Assembly: GCA_947311515.1 (NCBI GenBank) | Contig: CAMZLB010000031.1 | Location: 922-64,921, forward strand | Length of the DNA stretch: 64,000 nucleotides | From: Candidatus Moraniibacteriota bacterium | Lineage (GTDB): Bacteria > Patescibacteriota > Minisyncoccia > Moranbacterales > GCA-2747515 | Reading direction: 5' to 3' | In this document: piece after piece, positions 20,705 to 30,324 of the stretch | How positions within the stretch are numbered: position 1 is the first letter of the stretch | Layout of the letters: each line of letters begins with the position of its first letter | Position numbers and translations under genes: made by a program | The notes under the pieces: model-generated | Told to the model about the DNA's origin: nothing | What the model saw: the letters and a program-made list of their open reading frames with translations, nothing else | Databases searched by the model: none

Positions 20705-21194
20705 ATGTAATCATATTATCAAATAACTTCATTAAAGTCAATCAATGCCTCCAAGAAAATAGCGAACCAATCTCCCTATAAAACATTTGAGCAAGTGCAA
20801 GTCCTTTAAAACGTTTATATGGAGATATTAATTGATTAAATATTCAGCTTTGATATTTCCTCCTCCATAATTTTACTAAAATCAACCCCATTAAAAAATT
20901 AGATTCAATTACCATTTTTCATTATTACCTTCTCCATAGGATTAATGTAGTACTGTATCTTAGACATATTCAAAATTAATATAGTGCTTCAGCCATATGA
21001 ACAAGGATTTATCTATGAACAACGTCAGTACAATAACACCACTTTTCTTATTATTTTTATACATTAGTTATTTTATATAAACATCACAATTAATTATTAA
21101 ACTTAGGTCCATCTTATTTATTTAATAACAAACTAATTTTTATGGATAACTTAATAATGTTATACTTAAAAATATAAAAAACATAATTTAAAAA

Positions 21195-22520
21195 ATGCTA
21201 CCCACAACAAGAAAAAAACTTCAGAATTATTTACTTTATTCTTTTGTTTTCTTATTACCTTTACAAACCATATTTATTTTTCGTGAGATATTTTTTGAGA
21301 GTGAAAAATGGCAATACGGTACAATAGGTATCTATATGTCAGATATCATTCTAATTTCTTTAATATCATACAGCTTTACATCTTCCAAAGAATTATTATT
21401 TAATTATTTTAAAAAAAATAAATGGATTACAGGTGTATCTATTTTACTTATATCATTAAACTTTCTATCTTCCATTTGGTCATTAGATTCTATCTTATCA
21501 ATTTATTTTTCAATCAAGCTTCTTCTTTCTATATGTTTATTTTTTGTGTTACAAATCACTAATTTCAATGTAAAAACTTTAATTTTAATATTTATAAGTA
21601 GTGTTTTTTTTCAAAGTATTATAGGTTTTTTTCAATTTATTATTCAAGATACTTTTTCTTTTAAATACTTAGGACTAAAGCAGTACACTATATGGCAAGG
21701 AGGAACTTCCGTAATGACTTCTGAAAGTGGTAGATGGCTACGAAGTTACGGCGGAGAAGATCATCCCAATATACTAGCACTACTACTATTTACTGCAATA
21801 TTACTTTCTATTTATCTGTATATATTATATGAGAAGAATTCATTGTTATTAAAAATATTTCTACTTTTAAGTATTAGTTTATTTAGTGTAACAGTACTGC
21901 TCACCTTTTCTAGAAATATTTGGCTAGCTTTTATTGTAGGACTTACATTTATGATAATATTTTTATTTTTAAAAAATAAAAATCTATTCAAAAGAATTTT
22001 TATCCCTATAATCTTGGTATTTGCTACATCTATCATTATCACATTAACCTACAAAGATTTATTTTTTGTACGTATATCTAATGACACATTAACATCTCAT
22101 AATTCTATATCAGATAGAGCAATCTACATTGTACATTCCATATCTTTATTAAAAGAACATTTATTTTTTGGCACAGGGATTGGAAACTATACAAACTCAA
22201 TATATAATCTAGAGAAAAATAAATATCCTATTTGGCATTATCAACCAGTTCATAATATATACTTACTTATATTTGTAGAGCTTGGCTTAATTGGTTTTTT
22301 TCTTTTAATATTCTTTATCATATTTAATCTAAAGAACATCTATTCACAAAAAAATAAAATTGATTTTACTCAATTTATATTTATATTAATTTTTTTCTTA
22401 TTTTTGATGATTTCTTTACTTGACCATCTCCTTTGGACTTCACATATTGGACTATTACTTATATTTTTAATTTTTGGAATTAGCGTAAAGCCTATACCAC
22501 TTTCCAACCACCACCTTTGA
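21195..22520 (+). CDS. O-antigen ligase/polymerase (Wzy_C)-like polytopic membrane protein
   Basis: About 12 TM helices. LLTFSRNIWLAF motif resembles Wzy_C (S-R-x-x-W). 441 aa. Confidence 0.4.
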   Translation: MLPTTRKKLQNYLLYSFVFLLPLQTIFIFREIFFESEKWQYGTIGIYMSDIILISLISYSFTSSKELLFNYFKKNKWITGVSILLISLNFLSSIWSLDSILSIYFSIKLLLSICLFFVLQITNFNVKTLILIFISSVFFQSIIGFFQFIIQDTFSFKYLGLKQYTIWQGGTSVMTSESGRWLRSYGGEDHPNILALLLFTAILLSIYLYILYEKNSLLLKIFLLLSISLFSVTVLLTFSRNIWLAFIVGLTFMIIFLFLKNKNLFKRIFIPIILVFATSIIITLTYKDLFFVRISNDTLTSHNSISDRAIYIVHSISLLKEHLFFGTGIGNYTNSIYNLEKNKYPIWHYQPVHNIYLLIFVELGLIGFFLLIFFIIFNLKNIYSQKNKIDFTQFIFILIFFLFLMISLLDHLLWTSHIGLLLIFLIFGISVKPIPLSNHHL

Positions 22521-23472
22521 GAGTGACGATTTTTCCATTAATTTCAAATCCACTTGCAAGCTTATGTCCACCACCACCAAACATCCTTGCAATTTTAGAT
22601 ACATCTACATCCGTATTACTTGGCGCACGAATATTTCCTCTTATTCTGTTTTCACCTATTTGAAATAAAAACAATGAAGCTTTTACACCCGGAACAGTTG
22701 AAAGAATACTAGCTACTTCTTTTACTTCTTCTCCAGTTAAATTTCTACCCTGTAAGTCTTCTGTAGTTACAGCTGTTACAATTAGCCCCTCTTTCTTAAA
22801 AAGTTTCGCATTCTCCAGTGCGCCTCCCCATGCATTGAGGGTTTTAATTTTTTGATTTGAAAATGTTGTATTTACTATTCTAGAAACATTTGCTCCATGC
22901 TTTACCAAATCTGCAGAAGCAGCTAATGTTCTAGAGCTAGTATTACTGTGTTGAAAAATTCCAGTATCTCCAATAATACCAGTCATGTAACTTATTGCGA
23001 CAAATTGAGATAATATCAATCTTTCAAATTTTGCAAAATGATACAAAATTTCTGATGTGGATGAAAAATCTGCATCAACTATATTTATATCTACTTCCAT
23101 AGTTATGTCATGATGATGGTCAATCGCAGCTATAACGCATTTTTTTTCTAATCTATCAATTATTGATTCAAAACCTCTTTCAACACTGTCACAACCAACC
23201 GCTAAATCAAACTTGGAATATTTTAAATCATTAGGATGTATAAATTCATTTTTACCCAAAATCTTATCCAAAAACTCTGGTTGCTCATTATAGCAACCTA
23301 TCGTGACATCAGCATTATAATTTTCCTCTATATATCTCTTAAATCCTACTACGCTACCACACGCATCTGGATCAGGTCTAGTGTGTGCGAAAAGTAATAT
23401 TTTTTTTGCATTCTTTATGGAATAACTAAGTGTATTAAATTCTTTCTGAAATGTCTTGAAAGGCATGACCAC
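22492..23472 (-). CDS. nrnA: DHH/DHHA1 phosphoesterase (NrnA-like oligoribonuclease/pAp phosphatase)
   Basis: LLFAHTRPDPDACGS, AIDHHHD, GGGGHKLASG (DHHA1). Confidence 0.8.
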   Translation of the reverse strand: MVMPFKTFQKEFNTLSYSIKNAKKILLFAHTRPDPDACGSVVGFKRYIEENYNADVTIGCYNEQPEFLDKILGKNEFIHPNDLKYSKFDLAVGCDSVERGFESIIDRLEKKCVIAAIDHHHDITMEVDINIVDADFSSTSEILYHFAKFERLILSQFVAISYMTGIIGDTGIFQHSNTSSRTLAASADLVKHGANVSRIVNTTFSNQKIKTLNAWGGALENAKLFKKEGLIVTAVTTEDLQGRNLTGEEVKEVASILSTVPGVKASLFLFQIGENRIRGNIRAPSNTDVDVSKIARMFGGGGHKLASGFEINGKIVTLKGGGWKVV

Positions 23473-23484
23473 TGTTTATTCTGG

Positions 23485-23820
23485 TTAAAATTCGTTATCT
23501 TGAATTAGTTCATCTAAACTATCTACATCCTCACCAACACCACTATAAACAAATACTATTTTTGGTAAGACTTTGAGATGTAATTTTTTATTTATTCTTT
23601 TTTGTAAGAGATTTCTCTCATGCCCCAATGTCTTCATAGTATAATCTTTTTGTTCAGTAGGAAAAACACTTATAAAAATTTTCGTAAAACTAAAATCAGT
23701 AGAAGTATCCACTTTTATAACTGTAGCAAATACTCCAGGCTTAAAATCTATAATTTCACTTATAAGTCCTGTGAGCTCATGTTGAATCACGGAATTAACT
23801 CTTCTCATCCTTTCTGACAT
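23485..23820 (-). CDS. rbfA: Ribosome-binding factor A
   Basis: MSERMRRVNSVIQHELTGLISE... About 110 aa, KH-like. Confidence 0.75.
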   Translation of the reverse strand: MSERMRRVNSVIQHELTGLISEIIDFKPGVFATVIKVDTSTDFSFTKIFISVFPTEQKDYTMKTLGHERNLLQKRINKKLHLKVLPKIVFVYSGVGEDVDSLDELIQDNEF

Positions 23821-23851
23821 ATTTTCTTATTTTTAAATTATATTAATTTTG

Positions 23852-23923
23852 TGTCCTTGGTAGGAATCGAACCTACATCTAATCCTTAGGAGGGACCTAT
23901 TCTATCCGTTGAACTACAAGGAC
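23852..23923 (-). tRNA. tRNA-Arg (anticodon CCT)
   Basis: GTCCTTGTAGTTCAACGGATAGAATAGGTCCCTCCTAAGGATTAGATGTAGGTTCGATTCCTACCAAGGACA. Anticodon loop CTCCTAA. T-loop TTCGATT. Confidence 0.7.
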
Positions 23924-24024
23924 TTTCACTAATACCTAACTATACCCCACTTTTACATATTGTACAAGTAAATTAAAAAAATAGCAAAAAGATGTAGACT
24001 TTGTAAAATAACTAGCAAAAAAAA

Positions 24025-24792
24025 TTATACTAAATTTTTATCTATTTTTATTAATTCAGCTATTAATTTTTTTCTAACATCCTTAGCATAAGGATTGAAT
24101 TTTTGAATTGTTTCAAAAAGCTCTTTAGTATTTAATGCTGTATCTATATGCAAAGAATACATTATTCTATACGAATATGTTTTTAATTCATCATCTATTA
24201 AATCAAAAGACTTAAGACCTTCTCCAAGAAAATGAGTTAACGCTTGCACCTTTGCCATTCTCTTATCATGCTCATCTCCACTCATCTGACATATTTCAAA
24301 ACCAATGCCTTTTATGTAATTCATTATATTTTCAAGTTCCTTCTTATCCCCTGATACGTTTGAAATAACTACTTTTAAATTTGTTAATTTCTTTTCGATA
24401 GAAGGAACTCCAAACATTGGATGCGTTCCTATTATTTGATTATTTGGAAATTTATCTTTTAATACCTTTAATGGATAAATTTTTACTGATGAAACATCTA
24501 GTATAACCGATTTTTCTGATATCAATCTTTTTAATTCATTTACTGAATCTTTCAAAAATTGCACTGGTACGCCAAAAATAATATAATCAAAAAATGGAAA
24601 TGTATCTTTTATAATTTTTTTATTTTTATCTCTTTTTAGAATTCTTATATTATCTATATTTCCACCAAATTTTATATCAATATTCTTTACCTCACTTCTA
24701 TTATGAATATATATTTCAAAATCCCTTGATAAAAAATCAACCATCAGTTTACCAAATATTCCATAACCCACTACTAATACTTTTTTTTGCAT
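24025..24792 (-). CDS. Prephenate/arogenate dehydrogenase-like NAD(P)-binding protein
   Basis: Rossmann VLVVGYGIFGKLM at the N-terminus. GTHPMFG motif. Confidence 0.5.
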   Translation of the reverse strand: MQKKVLVVGYGIFGKLMVDFLSRDFEIYIHNRSEVKNIDIKFGGNIDNIRILKRDKNKKIIKDTFPFFDYIIFGVPVQFLKDSVNELKRLISEKSVILDVSSVKIYPLKVLKDKFPNNQIIGTHPMFGVPSIEKKLTNLKVVISNVSGDKKELENIMNYIKGIGFEICQMSGDEHDKRMAKVQALTHFLGEGLKSFDLIDDELKTYSYRIMYSLHIDTALNTKELFETIQKFNPYAKDVRKKLIAELIKIDKNLV

Positions 24793-25139
24793 AATTTAAA
24801 TTAAATTCATAACATTCAGCAACAAATAAAAACTAGTGATACTATTACCATTTCTATAAAAAACTAACAAAATAAATAACAATACTAATTTCCTATTATA
24901 ACTCCTTTATTTAAAAAATATCATGAACCTTCATTATTCTCAAATGAAGTTAATTCATATTTATTTGTAAAAAATTATTATTTTCATCTATTCTAGTTTT
25001 TAATCAAAAATAATTACTAACCTGATAATGATTATTTAATTATACCACACCAAAAGAAAGAAAAAGTTATTCCTAAACACAAAAAATACTGAATCTATAT
25101 CAGTATTTTTTGTGTTTTAACTTTATTTAATTTGTCTGT

Positions 25140-25520
25140 GCATAGAATGCTGGCGCTCCATCTGTAAATTCGAAGTCATGATATTTATTTAATATCTTAT
25201 CCCTGTCAGCTATTCCTCTTGTATAAAGTTGCATTCCAGTTCTTGTGTTATATAAGCGGTATATTGGAGTTGTTCCATCATCTGTTAGAGATGTATAAAA
25301 TGCTAGTGCTCCATCTGTGAATTCAAAGTCATGATATTTGTTTAGTATTTTATCTCTATCAGATACTCCTCTTGTGCATAGTTAAGCTCCTGTTTTGGTA
25401 TTGTATAAACGATACATTGGCGTTTCACTATCTGCAAAAACATTACCAGCTATAAACATCATATCCATCATTGGCAAAATGTACAAAAACTTTTTCATAT
25501 TATTATATCATTTTTTTAAA
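25140..25520 (-). pseudogene. Small secreted tandem-repeat protein (YRLYN-x-TG...YT...DRD...GA-AFY repeats) interrupted by in-frame TAA
   Basis: Minus-strand: MKKFLYILPMMDMMFIAGNVFADSETPMYRLYNTKTGA*LCTRGVSDRDKILNKYHDFEFTDGALAFYTSLTDDGTTPIYRLYNTRTGMQLYTRGIADRDKILNKYHDFEFTDGAPAFYAQTN*. Two 153-bp tandem DNA repeats. TAA sits exactly where the second repeat has CAA (Gln). Confidence 0.55.
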
Positions 25521-25921
25521 AAACAATTATCATCTGTACAATTTAAGCTTAAATATCTCTTTAAAGTTATTAAACATCAATAGAGACATAAACAAGCAGA
25601 TACAAGGAACTTATTAAGAAATGTCTGTAGAACTCTAAAAATTATTATTTTTATTATTTTTCTTAAAATACAACTTATAAAAACACTACAAATAAAGGCT
25701 TCTGAAAATGTATTTGGATTTATTTTTTAAATTTTTAATGATAAATTAGTTTTGCAGTCTCTCCTAAAAAATAAAGCTCAATGATTTGCATTATGTGTAC
25801 TCCATAATATTTACAAGATGCGTAAAGAATTAATAGTTAATCCAATATAGAAAGCTGTTTTATGTGTGGTGTAAAAGTGATAAATGATACTAAGATGGCT
25901 TAAAATATTTCAAAAAATAAA

Positions 25922-25946
25922 AAATCAACCAAATATAGGTTGATTT
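25922..25946 (-). terminator. Hairpin (AAATCAACC-aaatata-GGTTGATTT) followed on minus strand by T-run; likely terminator for ABC-F gene
   Basis: 9-bp perfect stem. Minus-strand 3' flank is TTTTTATTTTTT. Confidence 0.4.
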
Positions 25947-26091
25947 TAGGTTTATCGGTTTACTTAGGAACTCCAGAGAAACTCCTTAATCTAATAGAGT
26001 TCATATCTTAAATATCAAAAAAACTTTGCAAAAAATTATGTCCCATAAAAATAATTTAAGTAAAAGGTTCTTAGTATACTAAAAATAAAAA

Positions 26092-27543
26092 CTATTTATT
26101 CAAATCTAATTCTTCATCGATTCTTATTTTATCTACAAATTCATCCACATGAGAAACTAAAATCATAGCCCCTTTATAAGCGTCTAAAGCTTCCGCAATA
26201 AATGGAATATGTCTAAAGTTTATATGATTTGTAGGCTCATCCAAAATCAATAGCCCTGGTTCCAATAATACAAGTTGTGCAAAAGCAACTAATCCCTTTT
26301 GTCCTTCTGATAAACTTCCAATTTTTTCTTCCATTAAATCATTTTTTATCAAAAATCCTGCAGCAACCCTTCTCATATGTTCTTCTTCTTTTTTACGCAT
26401 AACACTCATAAGAGAATCATAAATCGTACTATTAAAATCCAATGTAGAAAAATCTTGCCTATAATATCCAATTCTGATCCCATCTTTAACATGTTCTCCC
26501 TTTGCTTGACCTGACGCAAGCCTTTCAAGTAATGTAGTTTTTCCTATTCCATTTGGACCTTTCAAAATTAAATGTTGATTTTTTTTGAGCACTATATCAA
26601 CCTCTTTTATAACAACTTCTCCCTCTCTCATAACACTAAGTTCCGTAAGCGTTAAAATATTACCATTTATATCTTCCTGAACTGGAATTTGAAAAGGTCT
26701 TATAGCCTTATCTTCTTTTCTGACCTCAACCTTAGATTCTTCCATCTCTTTAACTTCATCTCTAAGTTTCTTTGCAAGAAGTCTCATCTTACCACCCTTA
26801 TTTTGAAAATAATTTATTTTTTCTTTATTATCTTTGATTTTCTTCTCAAATTGAGCATTTTTCTTTTTTTCTTTTTCTACTCTAGCCGCAATTTCTTCTA
26901 CAACTGTATAATAATCTCCTACATACTGTTCTACCGTTCTAGTATAAATATCCAAATACAAGACTCCATCTGTAAAAGTATTCAAAAAATCAGCATCATG
27001 AGAAATCACAACGCAAGTTTTTTCATACATCATAAGAAATGACATAAGATGGGCAATTCCATCTGCATCCAAATTATTAGTTGGTTCATCTAGTAAAAGT
27101 ATGTCTGGTTCTTGAATTAAAGCAGAAGCCAATAACAAGCGTGCTTGCTGACCACCAGAAAACTCTTCTACTTTTTTATCGATAGAGATCTTCAAATTTA
27201 CAATTTCCAAAACCTCTTTTATTTTTCTGTCTAATTCATAATCTTCTCCCTTGAAATAACTAGCAAAGAAATCCCTGACAGTTATAGAAAGTTGATTTCG
27301 TGGCATAACCTGTTGAGAAACAGCAATACTAAGTCCTTGATTTATATTAATTCCACCATTTTCTGGCTTTAAATCTCCCATTATCAATTGAAAAAGCGTG
27401 CTTTTTCCTGCTCCATTTTGTCCCATAAGAGCAACCTTTGAACCTTGTCTTAGTGCAAATGAAACATCATCCAATGTTTTATGTCCATTTTCATACTCAA
27501 ATGAAACATCCTTGAACCTAAGCGCAATATCTTGTGTACTCAT
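26092..27543 (-). CDS. ABC-F family ATPase (tandem ABC domains, no TMD)
   Basis: LMGQNGAGKSTLFQ and LKGPNGIGKTTLLE Walker A motifs. Two LSGGQ-like signatures (FSGGQQARL, LSEGQKGLV). K/E-rich interdomain linker. 483 aa. Confidence 0.8.
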   Translation of the reverse strand: MSTQDIALRFKDVSFEYENGHKTLDDVSFALRQGSKVALMGQNGAGKSTLFQLIMGDLKPENGGININQGLSIAVSQQVMPRNQLSITVRDFFASYFKGEDYELDRKIKEVLEIVNLKISIDKKVEEFSGGQQARLLLASALIQEPDILLLDEPTNNLDADGIAHLMSFLMMYEKTCVVISHDADFLNTFTDGVLYLDIYTRTVEQYVGDYYTVVEEIAARVEKEKKKNAQFEKKIKDNKEKINYFQNKGGKMRLLAKKLRDEVKEMEESKVEVRKEDKAIRPFQIPVQEDINGNILTLTELSVMREGEVVIKEVDIVLKKNQHLILKGPNGIGKTTLLERLASGQAKGEHVKDGIRIGYYRQDFSTLDFNSTIYDSLMSVMRKKEEEHMRRVAAGFLIKNDLMEEKIGSLSEGQKGLVAFAQLVLLEPGLLILDEPTNHINFRHIPFIAEALDAYKGAMILVSHVDEFVDKIRIDEELDLNK

Positions 27544-27921
27544 AAATTAATATCAATTACTTTAATGTTCCTTATTTTACACCAAAAATCCTATATTGTA
27601 AAGCATATTTCATGTTAATTACTAAAAAATATCATACCTGACAAAATTTAGAATTAATTCAAGTAAGACCTATAACACACAACTTACAAAAACCCTATAA
27701 ACAAAAGTTCTTTAGGAATACCTGAATTGATTATAAAACTTTATAATATTTTTTTCTTCTTCAACATAATATTCATTAAATCTGTATTAACCAACCTTAC
27801 TCAAATAACTACTCAAATTAAGTGTATTTGAGACAAGCTTATCATACCCAATAATTTTTAAGTTCTTTTTAGACAAATTTTAACTATCTAATTTATATTA
27901 TAAATTTATTTAATAACAATG

Positions 27922-28872
27922 TTAAAATTTCATTATAAACATCTCAAGTGCAGTTTCTGTATCAAACTTTCCTATTTTTGAGTTAGTATAGATTTCCAAA
28001 AGCATAGAATGTGCACTTATTAGTCTTTCCTTATTTAATTTTCTTACTATAGGTAATGCTTTTTGAACCACATAAGGATGTAGCTTTGTAGATTTAGAAA
28101 TTATATTTTTATCAAAGATTCCTCTTTCACATTCTCCTATAACTGCTATCATAGTCCTAACTTGATAAACATACATTCCATGTATTTTATTTGGACTATC
28201 GCCTGACATAATTTGCTTTTTAAAACTAGACAATGCTTTTAGTTTATTTTCTGAAGTTAGCGATTCCACAGTATCAAAAATACTTGCATTCATCTGTCCA
28301 TTCACAAGTAACTCTATATCATTTTTTGTAATTTCTTTACTATCCGCATAAATTGCAAGCTTTTTAATTTCAGATAATAATTTATACAAATTATTATCAC
28401 CTAATAAATTCAACAAAAAATTTAAAGTATCTCTACTAAGACTAGCATTATTATTTTTAATTTCTTCTTTCGCCCACTTAACTAATTCTTTATCATCTAA
28501 AGATTTAAATTCATAAGTATCACTAGAATTAGTCAATAACCATTTAAATAATACAGCATTTTTGCGAGGATTAGTATATTCACAAATAATAATCACATCC
28601 TGAAAATCTGATTTTTCTAAAATACTTTTAATTTTTCTTTGATTTTCAGAACTTACTGATGAAAACACATTTTTTACAATTATCATTTTCTGTACAGAAA
28701 ACAAACCTTGGGAATTTATTAAATTCTCAAGGTTTTCTATATTTGAACTCTCTTCAAAATCACAAACTTCAAAACTACTACCACTTGGATTATTTTTCAA
28801 AAAATCTTCAGTTAAATTTTTGATTTTTTTTGATAATCTAAATGACTCATCTCCATACAAAAATAATATCAT
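27922..28872 (-). CDS. holA: DNA polymerase III delta subunit-like
   Basis: MILFLYGDESFRL... N-terminal clamp-loader delta pattern. 316 aa alpha-helical C-terminus. Sits upstream of ABC-F and downstream of the lipoprotein. Confidence 0.5.
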   Translation of the reverse strand: MILFLYGDESFRLSKKIKNLTEDFLKNNPSGSSFEVCDFEESSNIENLENLINSQGLFSVQKMIIVKNVFSSVSSENQRKIKSILEKSDFQDVIIICEYTNPRKNAVLFKWLLTNSSDTYEFKSLDDKELVKWAKEEIKNNNASLSRDTLNFLLNLLGDNNLYKLLSEIKKLAIYADSKEITKNDIELLVNGQMNASIFDTVESLTSENKLKALSSFKKQIMSGDSPNKIHGMYVYQVRTMIAVIGECERGIFDKNIISKSTKLHPYVVQKALPIVRKLNKERLISAHSMLLEIYTNSKIGKFDTETALEMFIMKF

Positions 28873-28875
28873 AAA

Positions 28876-30099
28876 TTACTTTAAGGTAGCTTTTTTATCA
28901 ATAGATTCCTCTTCTATTCTCTCTTTATATTCATCAGCATCTTCATAGCTAGCATGCTTGTCATGACCTAATACATGCATCCATATTTGACCTGGAACAA
29001 AATGAACTTCATATCCATCTTTATCATAAAATTTGAATCCCTTACCCATACCTTTATCTTTTTTCCATGTGCCTTTTATATATTCTCCATTCATAAATAT
29101 CTTTGCTTCTCCCTCAAATTTTGTGTCAAACCAAGGATCTCCAAGTTGCATATTTGGATATCCTCCATTATCATTCTTTTTATGAAACATATCTACGCCT
29201 TTCCATGGATCCTCAAGTCCAATAGATACATAATCTTTTTCAGAATACCAAGCTTCTTTTTTGGTAATTATTACTATAAGATTTTTTGGTGCATACTGCT
29301 TCTTTGTTTCAAAATCTATATCAGGCTTACCAAATATAAATCTCTTGTAATCATTTGTTTCTGGGTCATATTCATAAGTAACTCTGTATGGCTTTTGAAA
29401 TTTAACTACTAACTTTCCATATTCTGGTCGTTCTTTTCTACTTAAGTCTCCTTGATGATTAAAACCTTCCATTTTTGATTCCTTATCATAACCAGCTGCT
29501 TCTGCAACACTTATAAGAGCTGGAATACTTGTAGAAGCTTTTTCCAATTGACTCATAGGACCTTCTCTTCGAAAGCATGCTTCACCTCCAGATGGAGGCA
29601 CTTCCCCATTACAATCTATATGATCTACAATTTTTCTCTGCAAAAACGCTTTTGTAACGCTTGACCCTCCCCATGGTACAAATATTGCACCAAATGAATC
29701 TGCTACAGATAAATTATCGATACGTCCACTACGCATTGGACCCACTATTTCTGGCGTATTACACTGAAATATTCCCATAATCCTAGGTTGCCCATGCATA
29801 GGTCTATGTGGCATCTCCAAAACAAAATCTGCTTGTGATAGATTTGCAAAATATTGTCTAGCACTCTGATCACCAGAATACATTACAGCAAACGGTCGTT
29901 TATTATTATTCGGACATTCTAATCCTGTTATCTTTGATGCGTTCACTGGTAAATCATATGGTATATATTTCTTTGATTCTTTAATTTCTACTACTTTTTC
30001 TTTTGATACATTAATTTTTTGCTCATTTTTTTTCCCACAACCTGACAATATAACAATACAGACAAGCGAAATCACTCCCAATTTAAATAGTTTATTCAT
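28876..30099 (-). CDS. Lipoprotein, DUF3048-like
   Basis: Lipobox ILSGC after signal peptide. Motifs NKRPFAVMYSGDQSARQ...ADFVLEMPHRP...RIMGIF recalled as DUF3048 N-domain pattern. Confidence 0.4.
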   Translation of the reverse strand: MNKLFKLGVISLVCIVILSGCGKKNEQKINVSKEKVVEIKESKKYIPYDLPVNASKITGLECPNNNKRPFAVMYSGDQSARQYFANLSQADFVLEMPHRPMHGQPRIMGIFQCNTPEIVGPMRSGRIDNLSVADSFGAIFVPWGGSSVTKAFLQRKIVDHIDCNGEVPPSGGEACFRREGPMSQLEKASTSIPALISVAEAAGYDKESKMEGFNHQGDLSRKERPEYGKLVVKFQKPYRVTYEYDPETNDYKRFIFGKPDIDFETKKQYAPKNLIVIITKKEAWYSEKDYVSIGLEDPWKGVDMFHKKNDNGGYPNMQLGDPWFDTKFEGEAKIFMNGEYIKGTWKKDKGMGKGFKFYDKDGYEVHFVPGQIWMHVLGHDKHASYEDADEYKERIEEESIDKKATLK

Positions 30100-30324
30100 A
30101 CTATATTACTTATAATTTATTTTATTTATATATCTATATTATCATTCAATTTCATTATTATCAATATATTAAAGAGAAGTTACAAAATTAAATCATTAGT
30201 AAAAATCAAGAAAATAAATCTAAATTAGATTATCAAAAGCCTTTGTTTGTAAGATTTTGCAAGTTATCTTCTACAGAAAAATTGAAAATAGTAATTTTTA
30301 GAATCTCTCCTTAAAGCATAATTA

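Noticed and set aside
20706-21194. Structured ncRNA (RNase P, tmRNA, SRP) in the 490-bp gap after the tRNAs
   Set aside because: No conserved P4/GGUUCGA/tRNA-like elements found by eye. Cannot be supported without covariance-model search.
25395-25583. 62-aa plus-strand ORF from the ORF table
   Set aside because: It is antisense to a much better-supported minus-strand secreted repeat protein, with signal peptide and two conserved 51-aa repeats.
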